A stretch of DNA of 63,805 nt from Octopus bimaculoides (taxonomy: Eukaryota): the NCBI RefSeq assembly GCF_001194135.2, contig NC_068984.1:3345048-3408852 (forward strand), read 5' to 3'. Positions 49,801-61,744 of this stretch are shown one piece after another. Under the pieces are notes generated by a model. That model worked only from the letters and a program-made list of their open reading frames with translations. It had not been told where the DNA came from and searched no databases. The stretch's first letter is position 1, and each line of letters begins with the position of its first letter. A program made the position numbers and the translations under genes.

Positions 49801-51755
49801 GAAAGAGCAGACAAAGAAGCCTGGGTTATAAAAAACATTCAGTCAAACACAAAGGCCTTCTTTCATTACGCAAAAGAAACAGCATCAGTATGCTATAAGA
49901 TAGGACCCCTCTTCCAAAAGGATGACTCCCTCACAGATAGTCCAACCAGGATCAGTGAGGTACTGAATGACCAGTTCAAAAGTGTCTTCACCACCCCGCT
50001 GGAACACAGACAAGTGAACGAACCAGTGAGCTTCTTTGCCGCCTCACCTATAACCGGCCAGGCAGTTACGATGGAATACATCGGCATTAGCAAAGAAGAT
50101 GAGGTGGACGCAAACTCAACTGCTGGTCTTGATGGTTTCCCAGCAATCCTCCTCAAATCGTCTAAGCATGCCCTAGCAAAACCCTTCCAGAATCTCTTCC
50201 AGAGCTTTCTTGCAAATGGCAGACTGCCAAGCAAGCTGACGGACGGAATAATATGGCCAATCTATGAAGGTGGAAGTAGAGCAGATGCCAAAACCTGTAG
50301 GCCTATCTCTCTGACTTCACACATCAACAAAATCATGGAACGGATAGTCAGAGAGGAACTAATTGCATTCCTTGAAGAAGATTATTTGCTGAGTGATACC
50401 CAGCATGGCTTTCGACCGGGTAGGAGCTGCCTGACCCAGTTCTCACAACATTATGACTGGGTGTTGAGGCAGTTACTCAAGAAATCAAATGTGGACGTAA
50501 TATACCTTGATTTTGCAAAAGCTCTTGACAAAGTCGATCATGGTATGATATGCTACAAACTGCGTGAGCTTGGCGTAGCTGGAAAACTCGGAGAGTGGTT
50601 ACATGACTTTCTGAAAGATAGAAGTCAGGCAGTAGTGGCCAATGGAGCCACCGCTATGAAAACACAAATACTGAGCGGTGTTCCACAGGGCACTGTCTTG
50701 GGACCACTGCTTTTCATAGTGGTCCTCTCAGATATGCCCTCAATTACCCAGATAGCCTTCCTTGCAAGCTACGCATACGACACGAAAGTCTCGAAGAAAA
50801 TACAGAAGCTCAGCGATGTTGCACATCTGCAGCAGGAGTTGGACTCAATTTACAGATGGGCTGAGGATAATAATATGCAGTTTAATGCTGAAAAATTCCA
50901 AGCCCTGCGTTACCATCGTCCAAAACTGAATATGAAACTTACAGGGTACACTGGTCCACAGGGAATTACAATCCCAGACCCTAAATCAGTGAGGGACCTG
51001 GGTATTGACATGAGTGATGATACCTCGTTCCAAGTGCACATTACCAGGATGGCGACAAAGTGCAGACGACTGGCTAGATGGATCCTGAGAACATTCAGAA
51101 CCAGAGATAAGGAAACTGTGATGGTCCTCTGGAGGACTTTCGTCCTCAGCCGCCTGGATTACTGCGCCCAGCTATGGTCACCCAACAGTGTAAAATTAAC
51201 AGCGTACCTTGAAGCAATCCGGCGAAGCTTCACAAAGAAGATCGTCTCTTTGCAACTGCTCAGCTACTGGGAAAAGCTGAAACAGCTAAGACTCTACTCC
51301 CTGGAGCGAAGGCGGGAAAGGTATGCACTAATATACATCTGGAAGATCCTGGAAGGAACTGTGCCAAATTTTAGCACTGAAAGCTACACGAATGCCAGAA
51401 CGGGTCAACACTTTACAGTGCCAAACATCCCAGCAATGCCATCGCGCTTCAGGACCAGTTACTGCAACAGGCTGGGTTTCAGAGGCCCACAGCTTTTTAA
51501 TATTCTACTAAAGAGCCTGAGGAACCTGCACAAAGTAGATGTAGGCGTTTTTAAATCGAGGCTGGACCTCTTCCTGTCGAGAGTCCCAGACAAACCTACT
51601 TCACGCTAAGAGGTGCAAATGAGGGTAGCTACATCAAACTCCATTCTACACAAAATGCCACATATTAGAGGATCTCAGTAATAACAGTGTAGCAAAACGG
51701 TGGTGTTCCAGCATGGCCACAGCTCTGAGCTGAAACTACAAAAATAACAAAAGAC
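46828..51755 (+). mobile_element. Near full-length CR1-group LINE, copy 1 (putative long 5' UTR, disrupted ORF1, APE endonuclease, RT, A-rich tail)
   Basis: ORF1 ATG at 47829 (MAPKWEKKEL..) with stop and frameshifts; APE motifs IALVETHL, CDFN, RANNILDL, SDRNII; RT ORF; 3' end ctgaaactac followed by an A-rich tail. Confidence 0.9.
49570..51609 (+). CDS. LINE ORF2 reverse transcriptase region (679 aa open); catalytic motif reads YAYD
   Basis: CRPISLTS, QHGFRPGRSCLTQ, YLDFAKALDKVDH, SGVPQGTVLGPLLF, YAYD, DYCAQLWSP, SLERRR. Confidence 0.88.
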   Translation: MKLECFLSIVQAICQKYVPEHKATTNGNKIPRERKILIRRRTKVGNLFNQYPKSSERFRLTTTLIEIEKSLQQSYVRERADKEAWVIKNIQSNTKAFFHYAKETASVCYKIGPLFQKDDSLTDSPTRISEVLNDQFKSVFTTPLEHRQVNEPVSFFAASPITGQAVTMEYIGISKEDEVDANSTAGLDGFPAILLKSSKHALAKPFQNLFQSFLANGRLPSKLTDGIIWPIYEGGSRADAKTCRPISLTSHINKIMERIVREELIAFLEEDYLLSDTQHGFRPGRSCLTQFSQHYDWVLRQLLKKSNVDVIYLDFAKALDKVDHGMICYKLRELGVAGKLGEWLHDFLKDRSQAVVANGATAMKTQILSGVPQGTVLGPLLFIVVLSDMPSITQIAFLASYAYDTKVSKKIQKLSDVAHLQQELDSIYRWAEDNNMQFNAEKFQALRYHRPKLNMKLTGYTGPQGITIPDPKSVRDLGIDMSDDTSFQVHITRMATKCRRLARWILRTFRTRDKETVMVLWRTFVLSRLDYCAQLWSPNSVKLTAYLEAIRRSFTKKIVSLQLLSYWEKLKQLRLYSLERRRERYALIYIWKILEGTVPNFSTESYTNARTGQHFTVPNIPAMPSRFRTSYCNRLGFRGPQLFNILLKSLRNLHKVDVGVFKSRLDLFLSRVPDKPTSR

Positions 51756-51782
51756 GAAAAAAAACATATAAATATATATATA

Positions 51783-52165
51783 TTTTTTTTATCCAGTTTC
51801 AGTACACGAGCTGTGGTCAAGCTGGTGCACCGCGATTCGGATGCTTTTTAAGAACTGACATCTTGTGCATGAGAGAGTTTGATGCCGCTGTCCTCATCGG
51901 CACCTCCTGCCGTGAAATTGGTTAATCTGGGACACTTGACAGTAAGAGGTCCAGCTTTATTTCGAAGACACTTACATCCACCCATGCAGGTTTCTCAGGC
52001 CCTTCGGGAGGATATTGAAGAGCTGTGGTCCTCTGAAGCCCAGGCTATTACAGTACCCTGTCCTATATCTTGATGGCAAATTTGGAGTCCTTGGCACTAT
52101 GCAGTGGCGCCCAGTTCTAGTATTTGTGTAACTTTCGATGCCAAAGTTTGGGACAAGTATATACA
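51783..52165 (-). mobile_element. CR1-group LINE 3' end fragment, inverted relative to copy 1
   Basis: VPNFGIESYTNTRTGRHCIVP..YCNSLGFRGPQLFNILPKGLRNLH, then a 3' UTR ending ctgaaactg + poly(A). Confidence 0.85.
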
Positions 52166-52259
52166 TATATAAATAAATAAATAAATAAATATATATATAT
52201 ATATATATATTCTTTTATTTATTTTTCCATATTCAAGTTGAATCCTTTTCAAGAGTTTG

Positions 52260-55200
52260 CATAACTTTACTCTCTCTTCTCCATCACACCGTCATTTTCC
52301 CTTTCTCTCTTTCTTTCTCTATTGCCTCTCTCTAAATATGTAGACACTCTCCCTCTTCTCTTCCTCTCTTTCTCTGTCTCTTTACTTCACTCCATCATCC
52401 CATACTTCTTCTCTCAGACCCTGAATCTCTCTTCCCCTCTTTTCTCTTTTCTCTCTCTCTATTTCCTCTCTCTATATATAGACACAAACACTCTCTCTCT
52501 CTCTCTTCCTCTCTTCTATCAGCCACTCAATCTCTCTAAATATATAGACACACATTCTTTCTTTATTTCTTCACTACCCTCCATCACACCGTTAAATTTT
52601 TAAAAATAAATAGATAAATAAATAAATAAAATATCCATAAAAATGTCCAGAAACTGGAGAAGCTTGGAATGAATTGGCATTGTTTTTGAGAGCCTGGCGC
52701 AATGCTGAACGAGATAACCGAAGCAATATAATCACAGCTGCGCTGAAGAGCAATGGTTACACCAGAGGTTTAGCACAGATAGAACGAAATAAGCAGGAGT
52801 TTAAACGCTCCTACGCTCTCATACGACCCAACATCAGAACTCTTGATGCCATCTTTGATAATGAACACAGCAAGGATGACAAGGATAGAGGCACGGATGT
52901 AAATGAAAGATGTCACCCTCACTTGGTAGACACTCAAGAAAACAAAGAAGATTCAAGCGAGAAACTTGCCCGGAAAGTAAACCCAAGTGCAAGTGCCCTT
53001 ACCACCACCAAAGCAAAACACCGTGGAGGTGAAAGGACTAAAAAGAGCAAAATCTAAAACAAACAAAAAATGAAACAGTCAAAGAAAGAATCAAACCTGA
53101 TTACCCATATAACAAAAAGGATACAAAAGAGACAGCACACACGAATGTGCAAATTCTACATGAAAGGTGTCTGCTAGCATGGAGGGGTGTGCAAGCTGCC
53201 GTTTTGCACACCAAAGACCCCGCCACACAAACATGAAACAGGGCGGAAACCACCTGCCAAAAGGAACGAACTACGCACCACCTGCCCCAAAACGGAGGTA
53301 CGCAGATGTAGTGCATGCTACAAACCAGTCTTATCAACATGTTGGTGAAAGGACAGCTGCTAAACAACAATTTTTTTTATGCATGGCACAAAAGATTTCA
53401 CAGCAGCTGACCTGGCTACATCAATCTCACAGATGGGACTATCCCCAATACACAAGACCACCACAGCAAATAGACTCAAGGTGGGCACCACTCGCAACAA
53501 CACAGACATCACATCGATGCTCTTACTGAACATCAGAGGACTGTTAACACTTAGTAACAGGACAAAAATTCCTTTCCTGAGAGACCTTGTTACATGCAAT
53601 CAAGCCTTATGCATAGCACTTACGGAAACGCACTGATATAGCAAATGCAGAAATACACATACCACAGTATGTTGTATTACGGACCGACAGGAAATAAAGG
53701 AGTCATGGTGGAGTTGCTATGTACATCCGCGAAGACCTCACACCTCAGGTCCTTTTGTCACACTCAAATTCAGTATGTGACACACTAATTGTACATATAA
53801 GACAACTCGATGTAGTTATATGTGCTACATATTGCCCTCCCGATGCTCCAAATTATGTAGGCAAGTTTGAAGACTGCCTTACAAAAATAGAAGTTCTAGT
53901 TACATTAGAACAACACATAACTGTACTTCTAATGAAAGACTTCAACCTGTTCAGTGTCATATGGCCTGAGGGCCTTTCTCTCCCAGGAATGGCACGATGC
54001 AAACAAGGAAAGGTGAAGTCCCTCCTGAACCTCATCAACACTTTGTACATGGAACAAATAGTACTCCAACCAACCAGGGTAGGCAACATACTGGATCACA
54101 TGGTAGAGCTGACCATGTACGGAACAAAGAAAACCATGGACATGCAGCCTACAAGAAACTCTCAAAATCTCCCCGCTTGAACTTCCATAAAGCAAACTAG
54201 AAACAAATTGAGAAAGAGATCCTAAAAAAAAACTGGCCTAAATGTCTCTCCTCACCGGACATCGACATGAAACTTAAACAATTCATGTCTGTAATGCAAG
54301 CTATATGCTACAAATGTGTCCCAGAAAGAAAGGCCACTATACACAAGAACAAAATCCCCAGGGAGAGGAAAATTCTTATGAAACAGCGTACAAAAGTTTC
54401 AAATCACCTAAACAAACAAATTAAAAGCAGTGAAAAGTCCCGCCCGAAAATAAAACTACTGGAGATTGAAAAAAATTTTCAACTCTCCCATGAAAAAGAA
54501 AGAGCAGACAAAGAAACCTGGGCTATAGACAATATAAAATCTAAGCCCAGAGGTTTCTACAAAATTTCCAAAGAAATAACTTCAGTGCACTGCAGGTTAG
54601 GGCCACTCCTCGATAAAGATGGTTCACTCACAAGAAACCCAATGAGGATAAGTGAAATACTAAATGAGCAATTCAAAAGTATTTTCACTCCACCCCTAGG
54701 GCACTTGCAAGACAGCAATCCAACTGACTTTTTTTTACCACTCCAGATATGAAAACAGAAGCAGTGATGATCGATTACATCAATATAAAGGAAGACGATA
54801 GAATAAGGGCTGTAGATGAAATGAACCCAAATTCAGCTACTGGCCCTGATGGATTCCCAGCAGTCCTTCTTAAAGCATGTAAGCGAGTTCTAGCAAGGCC
54901 ACTGCAGTCCCTCTTTCAGAGCTTCTTTGCAACTGGCAAACTTCCAAGAAAACTGAAAGAGGGTATAATATGCCCTATTCATAAAGGAGGTAGCACAGCA
55001 GAGGCCAAAAACTACAGACCTATCTCTCTGACCTCGGACATCATTAAGTTCATGGAACGAATAGTCAGAAGAAAACTAAACACCTTCCTTGAAGAAAATG
55101 ACTTGCTAACTGGCACCCAACATGGTTTCCGACCAGGAAGAAGCTGCCTGACTCAGCTCTTACGGCACTATGACTGGGTGCTGAAACAGCTGCTCAACCA

Positions 55201-55660
55201 CTCAAATGTGGAAGTGATATACCTCGACTTTGCAAAGGCCTTTCATAAGGTTGATCATGGAATGATATGTCATAAACTGCGTGATCTCAGCATAGTTGGA
55301 AAATTGGGAGAATGGCTTCATGACTTTCTGAAGGATAGAAGTCAAGCGGTAGTAGCCAATGGGGCCACATCCAATGACACGCAAATAGTGAGCGGTGTTC
55401 TGCAAGGCACTGTTTTGGGACCACTACTGTTCATAATGGCCCTCTCAGCCACACAGAGAGCCATGATCACAAGTTAAGTAAATAATACAAAAGTCTCACA
55501 AGTAATACAGAACCCTGAAGACACTATGCACCTGCAATGTGAGCTGGATGAAATATACAAGTGGGCTGAAAAGAATAGCATGCAGTTTAATGCTGAAAAG
55601 TTTCAAGCCTTCTGCTATCAGCATGCAAGACTAAATGCAATACCCATTAGATACACTGAT
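52260..55660 (+). mobile_element. CR1-group LINE, copy 2 (more divergent subfamily, 3'-truncated, multiply disrupted)
   Basis: CT-rich leader; ORF1 ATG near 52643; APE (IALTETH, RSHGGVA, KDFN, GNILD); RT (YRPISLTS, YLDFAKAFHKVDH, QGTVLGPLLF); ends near 55660. Confidence 0.88.
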
Positions 55661-55975
55661 GAAGTCGTAGATAATCAGGGAAAGCACATTGATGATTAAA
55701 TTTCAATTAAATATAACATTTAATCACTTGTTTTCTTTATTCAAAATTCCGACAAAACTTATGGGATGACCTGATATATATATATATATATATATATAAA
55801 CATAAATGTTAAAAAAATAAATATATAGAAANNNNNNNNNNNNNNNNNNNNNNNNNNNNNNNNNNNNNNNNNNNNNNNNNNNNNNNNNNNNNNNNNNNNN
55901 NNNNNNNNNNNNNNNNNNNNNNNNNNNNNNNNNNNNNNNNNNNNNNNNNNNNNNNNNNNNNNNNNNNNNNNNNNN

Positions 55976-56335
55976 GGAACAGTGCGTAATCAAAAACATC
56001 AAACAGAACCCAAAATTGTTTTATTCTTATGCAAATAAGAATAGAACCGCTGTCTCACCCATTGGGCCATTGATCGATGATAACGACATTCCCTGACACG
56101 ATGCTAAAGAAATAGCAGAAATACTGCAGAAACAATACTGCTCTGTCTTTAGTGATCCCACTGATATCGACGTAAGGGAGGCGAACGAAGTTGATTCCCA
56201 GCATAAAATCTCGGACATAACCTTCACTGCTTCAGACATCATAGCAGCAATAAATGAGGTCAAATACTATTCTGTTGTCGGCCCTGATAGATTTCCCTGC
56301 AAGTCTCCTGAAGGAATGTAGACACCAACTTAAAA
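55976..56335 (+). mobile_element. CR1-group LINE ORF2 fragment from a distant subfamily
   Basis: NPKLFYSYAN..IGPLID..AEILQKQYCSVFS..IIAAINEVK..GPD.FP..LLKEC. Confidence 0.75.
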
Positions 56336-56721
56336 AGGATTTAGATAATCCCATCAGGTGGTGCTACTAAGTTAAACATAGCCTGGGCCAATCTTTGGTC
56401 GAAACATATCTAATTTTTATTTAAGTTTATATATATAGTTACATATGTATGTGTGTATATAATTATATGATTATATATATAATTATATACATATAATTAT
56501 ATATATATATATATATATAATATAATTATATATTTACTTCCGGTTTCGGTGAGGAAGGACGTGCTCTTTCATTCTCCTGAATCAACCAACAGAGATTGCC
56601 TAAATCAATGAAAAACCTGCTAAAACTGACAAAATCTTACTTCTACTATGATATATCGTTAAAAAAAGAAACGTTATATACTACACGAAAAGTTTAATAT
56701 TATACATTAGAATCAGTGACG

Positions 56722-59700
56722 CAAGCTATAGTTATCACCGAAGAAACCACGTGGTAATATACTGTCCTTCGATTGCCGCCACATGTAAGAAGAAAAACGT
56801 ATTTTGGAAGAAAACTTCTTCATACAAAAACATGGATTGGAATTTTACCTCTTACGAATAAGTATCCTTCTCATTTGTTTATTTTCTTTTATCTTTGGTA
56901 AAACCGGATGAAAATTTGAGTTAATTGCTAGTGTTTGTTTTGTTTACTTTCTAAAAAAACTCACAGTGACATATATATAATCTCTACTCTTCTTATTGCG
57001 ACCTCTTCGTTTTCATTGTATTCAAAAAAGAGAAATCATTATGAAACCCCTTTCTTTCACTATCGTTTCTTTTTTCTCTCTGTCTCTTTAGAATTATAAA
57101 AATTCTGTTTTTCGTTTTCCTACACATCTTCGTAACCTACTCCCACTCTCTCTTTCATACCTACCTCTTCCTCTCTCTTTACACCTACCTCTCTCCCTCT
57201 CTCTCTCTCTTCCATATCTCCCTTTCTCTCACATCCCTTCCATATCTACCTTTCTCTCACATCCCTTCATCCTTTCCTGTTCTCCCTCCCACTGTCTCTA
57301 TTTTTCTTCCCATCATCTTCCTCCTACTGTCTCTACTCTCTTCTCCTCCTCTCTTTCATTCTGTCTCTCTTTCTCTTCCCCTCCTCTCCCTCATTCGGTC
57401 TCTCTTTCTCTCCCTTCCTCACCCTCCTCTGTCTCTCTAACACCCCACACACCCTCCCTCTTTCCTCATATCACCCTTTGTCTTTCCTTAATACCACCTC
57501 ACTCTGTCGTTCATATCTCCCTCTCTCTTTTCCTATTCCCCCTCTGTATTTCTTTTCTACCTCCCTCAATCTTTCACTTTCTCTCTATCCTCTACTCCCC
57601 CTCTGGTTTTAAAAAAACGAAGATGGCACCAAAGTGGGAGAAGAAAGAATTGAATCTTATGTTGCGATCATGGACGATTGCTAATGGCGATCCGCCAAAC
57701 AACATCACTGATGCGCTGAAAAACAATGGCTTTTGTAGAACCATTGATCAGATAGAACGGAAGAAGAATGAATTCATCCGATCCTATATGCTTATCAGAC
57801 CATACATTGACACCCAGGATGTCATAATGGAAAATTATGGCAAGGCTGATAACGATAGAGAAAAGGAGACACAACCCAGAAGTCTCTTTGATCCAGTGGT
57901 TCCTCAAAAGAATAGATCCCCCATCTCTGTGAACGACCAGGCAGAAAAAGATAGGGGAGCCAAGGAAGCTGCAACTAGAAGCCCCTCAATGCCAGTGGTC
58001 CTACAAAGGAACGGAGCCCCTACCCCATTGGACAACCAGCGGAAAAAAGTTCCCACCACAAGGGAAAGAAGGTCGGGACACAAACACAAACAAGGAAGGA
58101 AGAAAAGGGAAAAGGCAAAACTGAAACAACCAAAGCCGAAACCCCAACCCACCAAACAAAAAACAGAAAACCACATGGAGGATCCAATGCAATCCAAAAC
58201 CCTAGAGACGAAATTTGGAAGGCACTCAAGAACCTGCAGATTTTACCTGCAAGGCAAATGTTGGCATGGGGAAGACGGCAAAAACTGCCGGTTTGCCCAC
58301 CCGACACCCCGCCAATACTACAGGGGCCTTAAGGAGAAAAACTTCTCTGAGGAAAGACAACAAATGTCTCCAAAGAAAAAAATATAGAAAAGAAGTGCGC
58401 TCTTCAGAGGTTATGCGCAAAGCAGCAGCTGAGCAAGAGGCTTTTTTTACATGGCGCAAAAGACTGTGCAACAGCTAACCTAGCTACACCAAGCGCAAAC
58501 AAGGAACCTTGCCCACCACTGCGCAAGACCACCACAGTCAATAGACACGGGATGGCCTTCCCTAACGCCTGCACAGTCATCACGCCAATATCTTTACTAA
58601 ATATTGGGGGCCTGTTGCATCATAATTAAAGCAACATTTCTTTCATGAGAGAACTTGCTGCATGCAATCAAACCCTATGCATAGCACTCGTGGAAACTCA
58701 CCTCAGCCCTGATATAGAGGATGCAGAAGTACACGTACCAAAATATGTCATACTGCGAACAGACAGAAGGGAAACGAGCCATGGTGGAGTTGCTGTATAC
58801 ATCCGTGACGACTTCACACACCAGGTCTTACTGTCATACTCCAATTCGGTATGTGACACTCTAATTGTATACATAAGACAACATAATATAGTCATATGCA
58901 ATACATATTGCCCACCGGATGCTTCAAACCACATAGACAAGTTTGAAATTTGCCTCACAAGAATTAAAGAAATCCTCATGTGCATATTTCTTATGGGTGA
59001 TTTCAACTTCCCCAACGTCAACTGGCTCGAAGGTCTCATGCTTTCAGGAATTACTCATTGCAAGCAAAAATTGGTGGAGTCCCTGCTCAACCTCACCAAT
59101 GCCCCTATTCATGGAGCAAGCTGTACTCAGACCAATTAGGGCGATTGAAATATTGGGATCTCTGCTTCACGAACAATATGGACATCATTCATGATGTGAA
59201 AGTGACACCGACATTAGTCTCGGATCACAACATAATAGAGCTGTCTATGTTTGGGCCGAAAGTTGCCAGAGACATACAACCTAAAGGAAGCACCCGAAAT
59301 CTCTCCAATCTGAACTTCCACGAAGCAGACTGGAAATCGATCCAGAAAGAGATCCTCAGAGAGGATTGGACAAAATGTCTCTCCACACCAGACATTGATA
59401 TGAAACTAGAATGTTTCTTGTCTATTGTGCAAGCCATATGCCAGAAATATGTCCCAGAGCACAAGGCTAAAACAAATAGGAACAAGATTCCAAGGGAGAG
59501 GAAGATCCTCATGCGACAACGAACGAAAGTTGCAAATCGACTCAACCAGCATCCCAAAAGTAGCAAACAACAACACTGAAGAAGATTGAAAAAAGCAGAG
59601 CAGATGCCAAAACCTGTAGGCCTATCTCTCTGACTTCACACATCAACAAAATCATGGAACGGATAGTCAGAGAGGAACTAATTGCGTTCCTTGAAGAAGA

Positions 59701-60367
59701 TTATTTGCTGAGTGATACCCAGAATGGCTTTCGACCGGGTAGGAGCTGCCTGACCCAGTTCTCAACATTATGACTGGGTGTTGAGGCAGTTACTCAAGAA
59801 ATCAAATGTGGACGTAATATAGCTTGATTTTGCAAAAGCTTTTGACAAAGTCGATCATGGTATGATATGCAACAAACTGCGTGAGCTTGGCATAGCTGGA
59901 AAATTCGGAGAGTGGTTACATGACTTTCTGAAAGATAGAAGTCAGGCAGTAGTGGCTAATGGAGCCACCGCTATGAAAACACAAATAGGGAGCGGTGTTC
60001 CACAGAGTACTGTCTTGGGACCACTGCTTTTTATAGTGGCCCTCTCAGATACGCTCTCAACGTCCCGGATAGCTACACTTGTTAGCTACGCAGACGATAC
60101 GAAAGTCTCGCAGAAAATACAGAACCCCAGTGATGTTGCACGTCTGCAGCAAGTGTTGGACTCAATTTACAGATGGGCTGAGGATAATAATATGCAGTTT
60201 AATGCTGAAAAATTCCAAGCCCTGCGTTACCAGCGTCCAAAACTGAATATGAAACTTACAGAGTACACTGGTCCGCAGGGAATTTCAATCCCAGAGCCTA
60301 AATCAGTGAGAGACCTGGGTTACTGCTCACAGCTATGGTCACCCAACAGTGTAAAATTAACAGCTAA
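56722..60367 (+). mobile_element. CR1-group LINE, copy 3 (same subfamily as copy 1; two internal deletions; 3'-truncated)
   Basis: Upstream leader homologous to 46828-47260; open ORF1 reading frame; APE; RT with intact YADD near 60088. Confidence 0.9.
57623..58387 (+). CDS. LINE ORF1: N-terminal Myb/trihelix-like segment, basic linker, CCCH zinc finger
   Basis: KWEKKELNLMLRSW..ITDALKNNGFCRTIDQIERKKNEFIRSY; CRFYLQGKCWHGEDGKNCRFAH (C-x7-C-x8-C-x3-H) at 58235-58300. Domain names come from pattern recognition, not an HMM search. Confidence 0.7.
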   Translation: MAPKWEKKELNLMLRSWTIANGDPPNNITDALKNNGFCRTIDQIERKKNEFIRSYMLIRPYIDTQDVIMENYGKADNDREKETQPRSLFDPVVPQKNRSPISVNDQAEKDRGAKEAATRSPSMPVVLQRNGAPTPLDNQRKKVPTTRERRSGHKHKQGRKKREKAKLKQPKPKPQPTKQKTENHMEDPMQSKTLETKFGRHSRTCRFYLQGKCWHGEDGKNCRFAHPTPRQYYRGLKEKNFSEERQQMSPKKKI

Positions 60368-60434
60368 AGATTTAGTAACAAATCCATCTCCCTTTAATTA
60401 ATATTATATGTGTGTGTATGTGTGTGTGTATTTC

Positions 60435-60653
60435 AATTTTGGGGGATTAATCGATATGCGGGTATTCTATTTCAGATAATACAAAAAATAACCTAATGAG
60501 TATATCTGAAAGTAAAGTCATGGTATATGTTTGCACATCACGAAATTATACTTAAAGGATATAACCATGAGTTTACTTTCAGATATACTCATTATGTTAT
60601 TTTTTGTATTATCTGAAATAGAATATCCGCATATCGATTAATCCCCCAAAATT
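60435..60653. mobile_element. MITE-like near-perfect palindrome (about 90-bp arms)
   Basis: 60435-60524 vs 60564-60653 are inverted copies with about 3 mismatches. Confidence 0.85.
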
Positions 60654-60805
60654 AAATTAATATTGACTTTTGTCAGATACTTTGTATATTTATAGATAAA
60701 TATATAAATATATGATAAAATAAGACCCCAAAGTACGATATGTAGATACATATAATGCTGTTGGGTTGATTTGGAAATTTGTCTTCCTAAATTATTTAGA
60801 TTAAT

Positions 60806-60866
<61 letters not shown>

Positions 60867-60982
60867 NNNNNNNNNNNNNNNNNNNNNNNNNNNNNNNNNN
60901 NNNNNNNNNNNNNNNNNNNNNNNNNNNNNNNNNNNNNNNNNNNNNNNNNNNNNNNNNNNNNNNNNNNNNNNNNNNNNNNNNN

Positions 60983-61027
<45 letters not shown>

Positions 61028-61481
61028 GTGTGTGTATATAATATACATACATGTGTATATATATAGATATATACATATATCTATACACATATGTATGTAT
61101 ATACATAATGTAGGTGTATCTAGATTTAGTTATCAGAATAAATATGTTACCTACAGAGAGTGAGACAGAAATGCAGATCAACACGCAGTGCACCTGTTCT
61201 AAGAACATATGTTAGAAGTCTTTGAGGTGAAAACACCTGAAAGAAGAGGGAAAGAGCAATAAATGTTATTATGGTTGTATTAAAGAGAAGCAAATATTAT
61301 TGAATTACCGTTGTGTGTTTTACATGTGGTTTATTGATCTGTATAGATCATTTATTGATCATTAAATTCACCACGTCATGAGTCTTGATCGGTAGCTTTG
61401 TAACCAAGACAATAAACAAAAGTTGGAGAATAATGAAGGCGGTAGTTGCTGGTGTAGTCAGGTATTTTAGTTTTAGATAGG

Positions 61482-61554
<73 letters not shown>

Positions 61555-61744
61555 GAGTGAAAGAGAGACCAGACGAGAGAAAATAGTAAGCTAAATGGAT
61601 CAGAACACTTTAAAGTATAGTAATTGTGTGTGTGTTTAGAAGTTAGAAGTCATAGAAAAATGTCTTTCAGTCTTTAGAGCATAATGACAATAAACAACGG
61701 TGTTGAGTATGAACGTTATAATAATAATAATTATTATTATTATT

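Noticed and set aside
56340-56420. Possible hammerhead remnant (ggccaa..ttggtc-GAAAC-atatc-ta)
   Set aside because: The CUGANGA box is absent, so it is too degraded to call.
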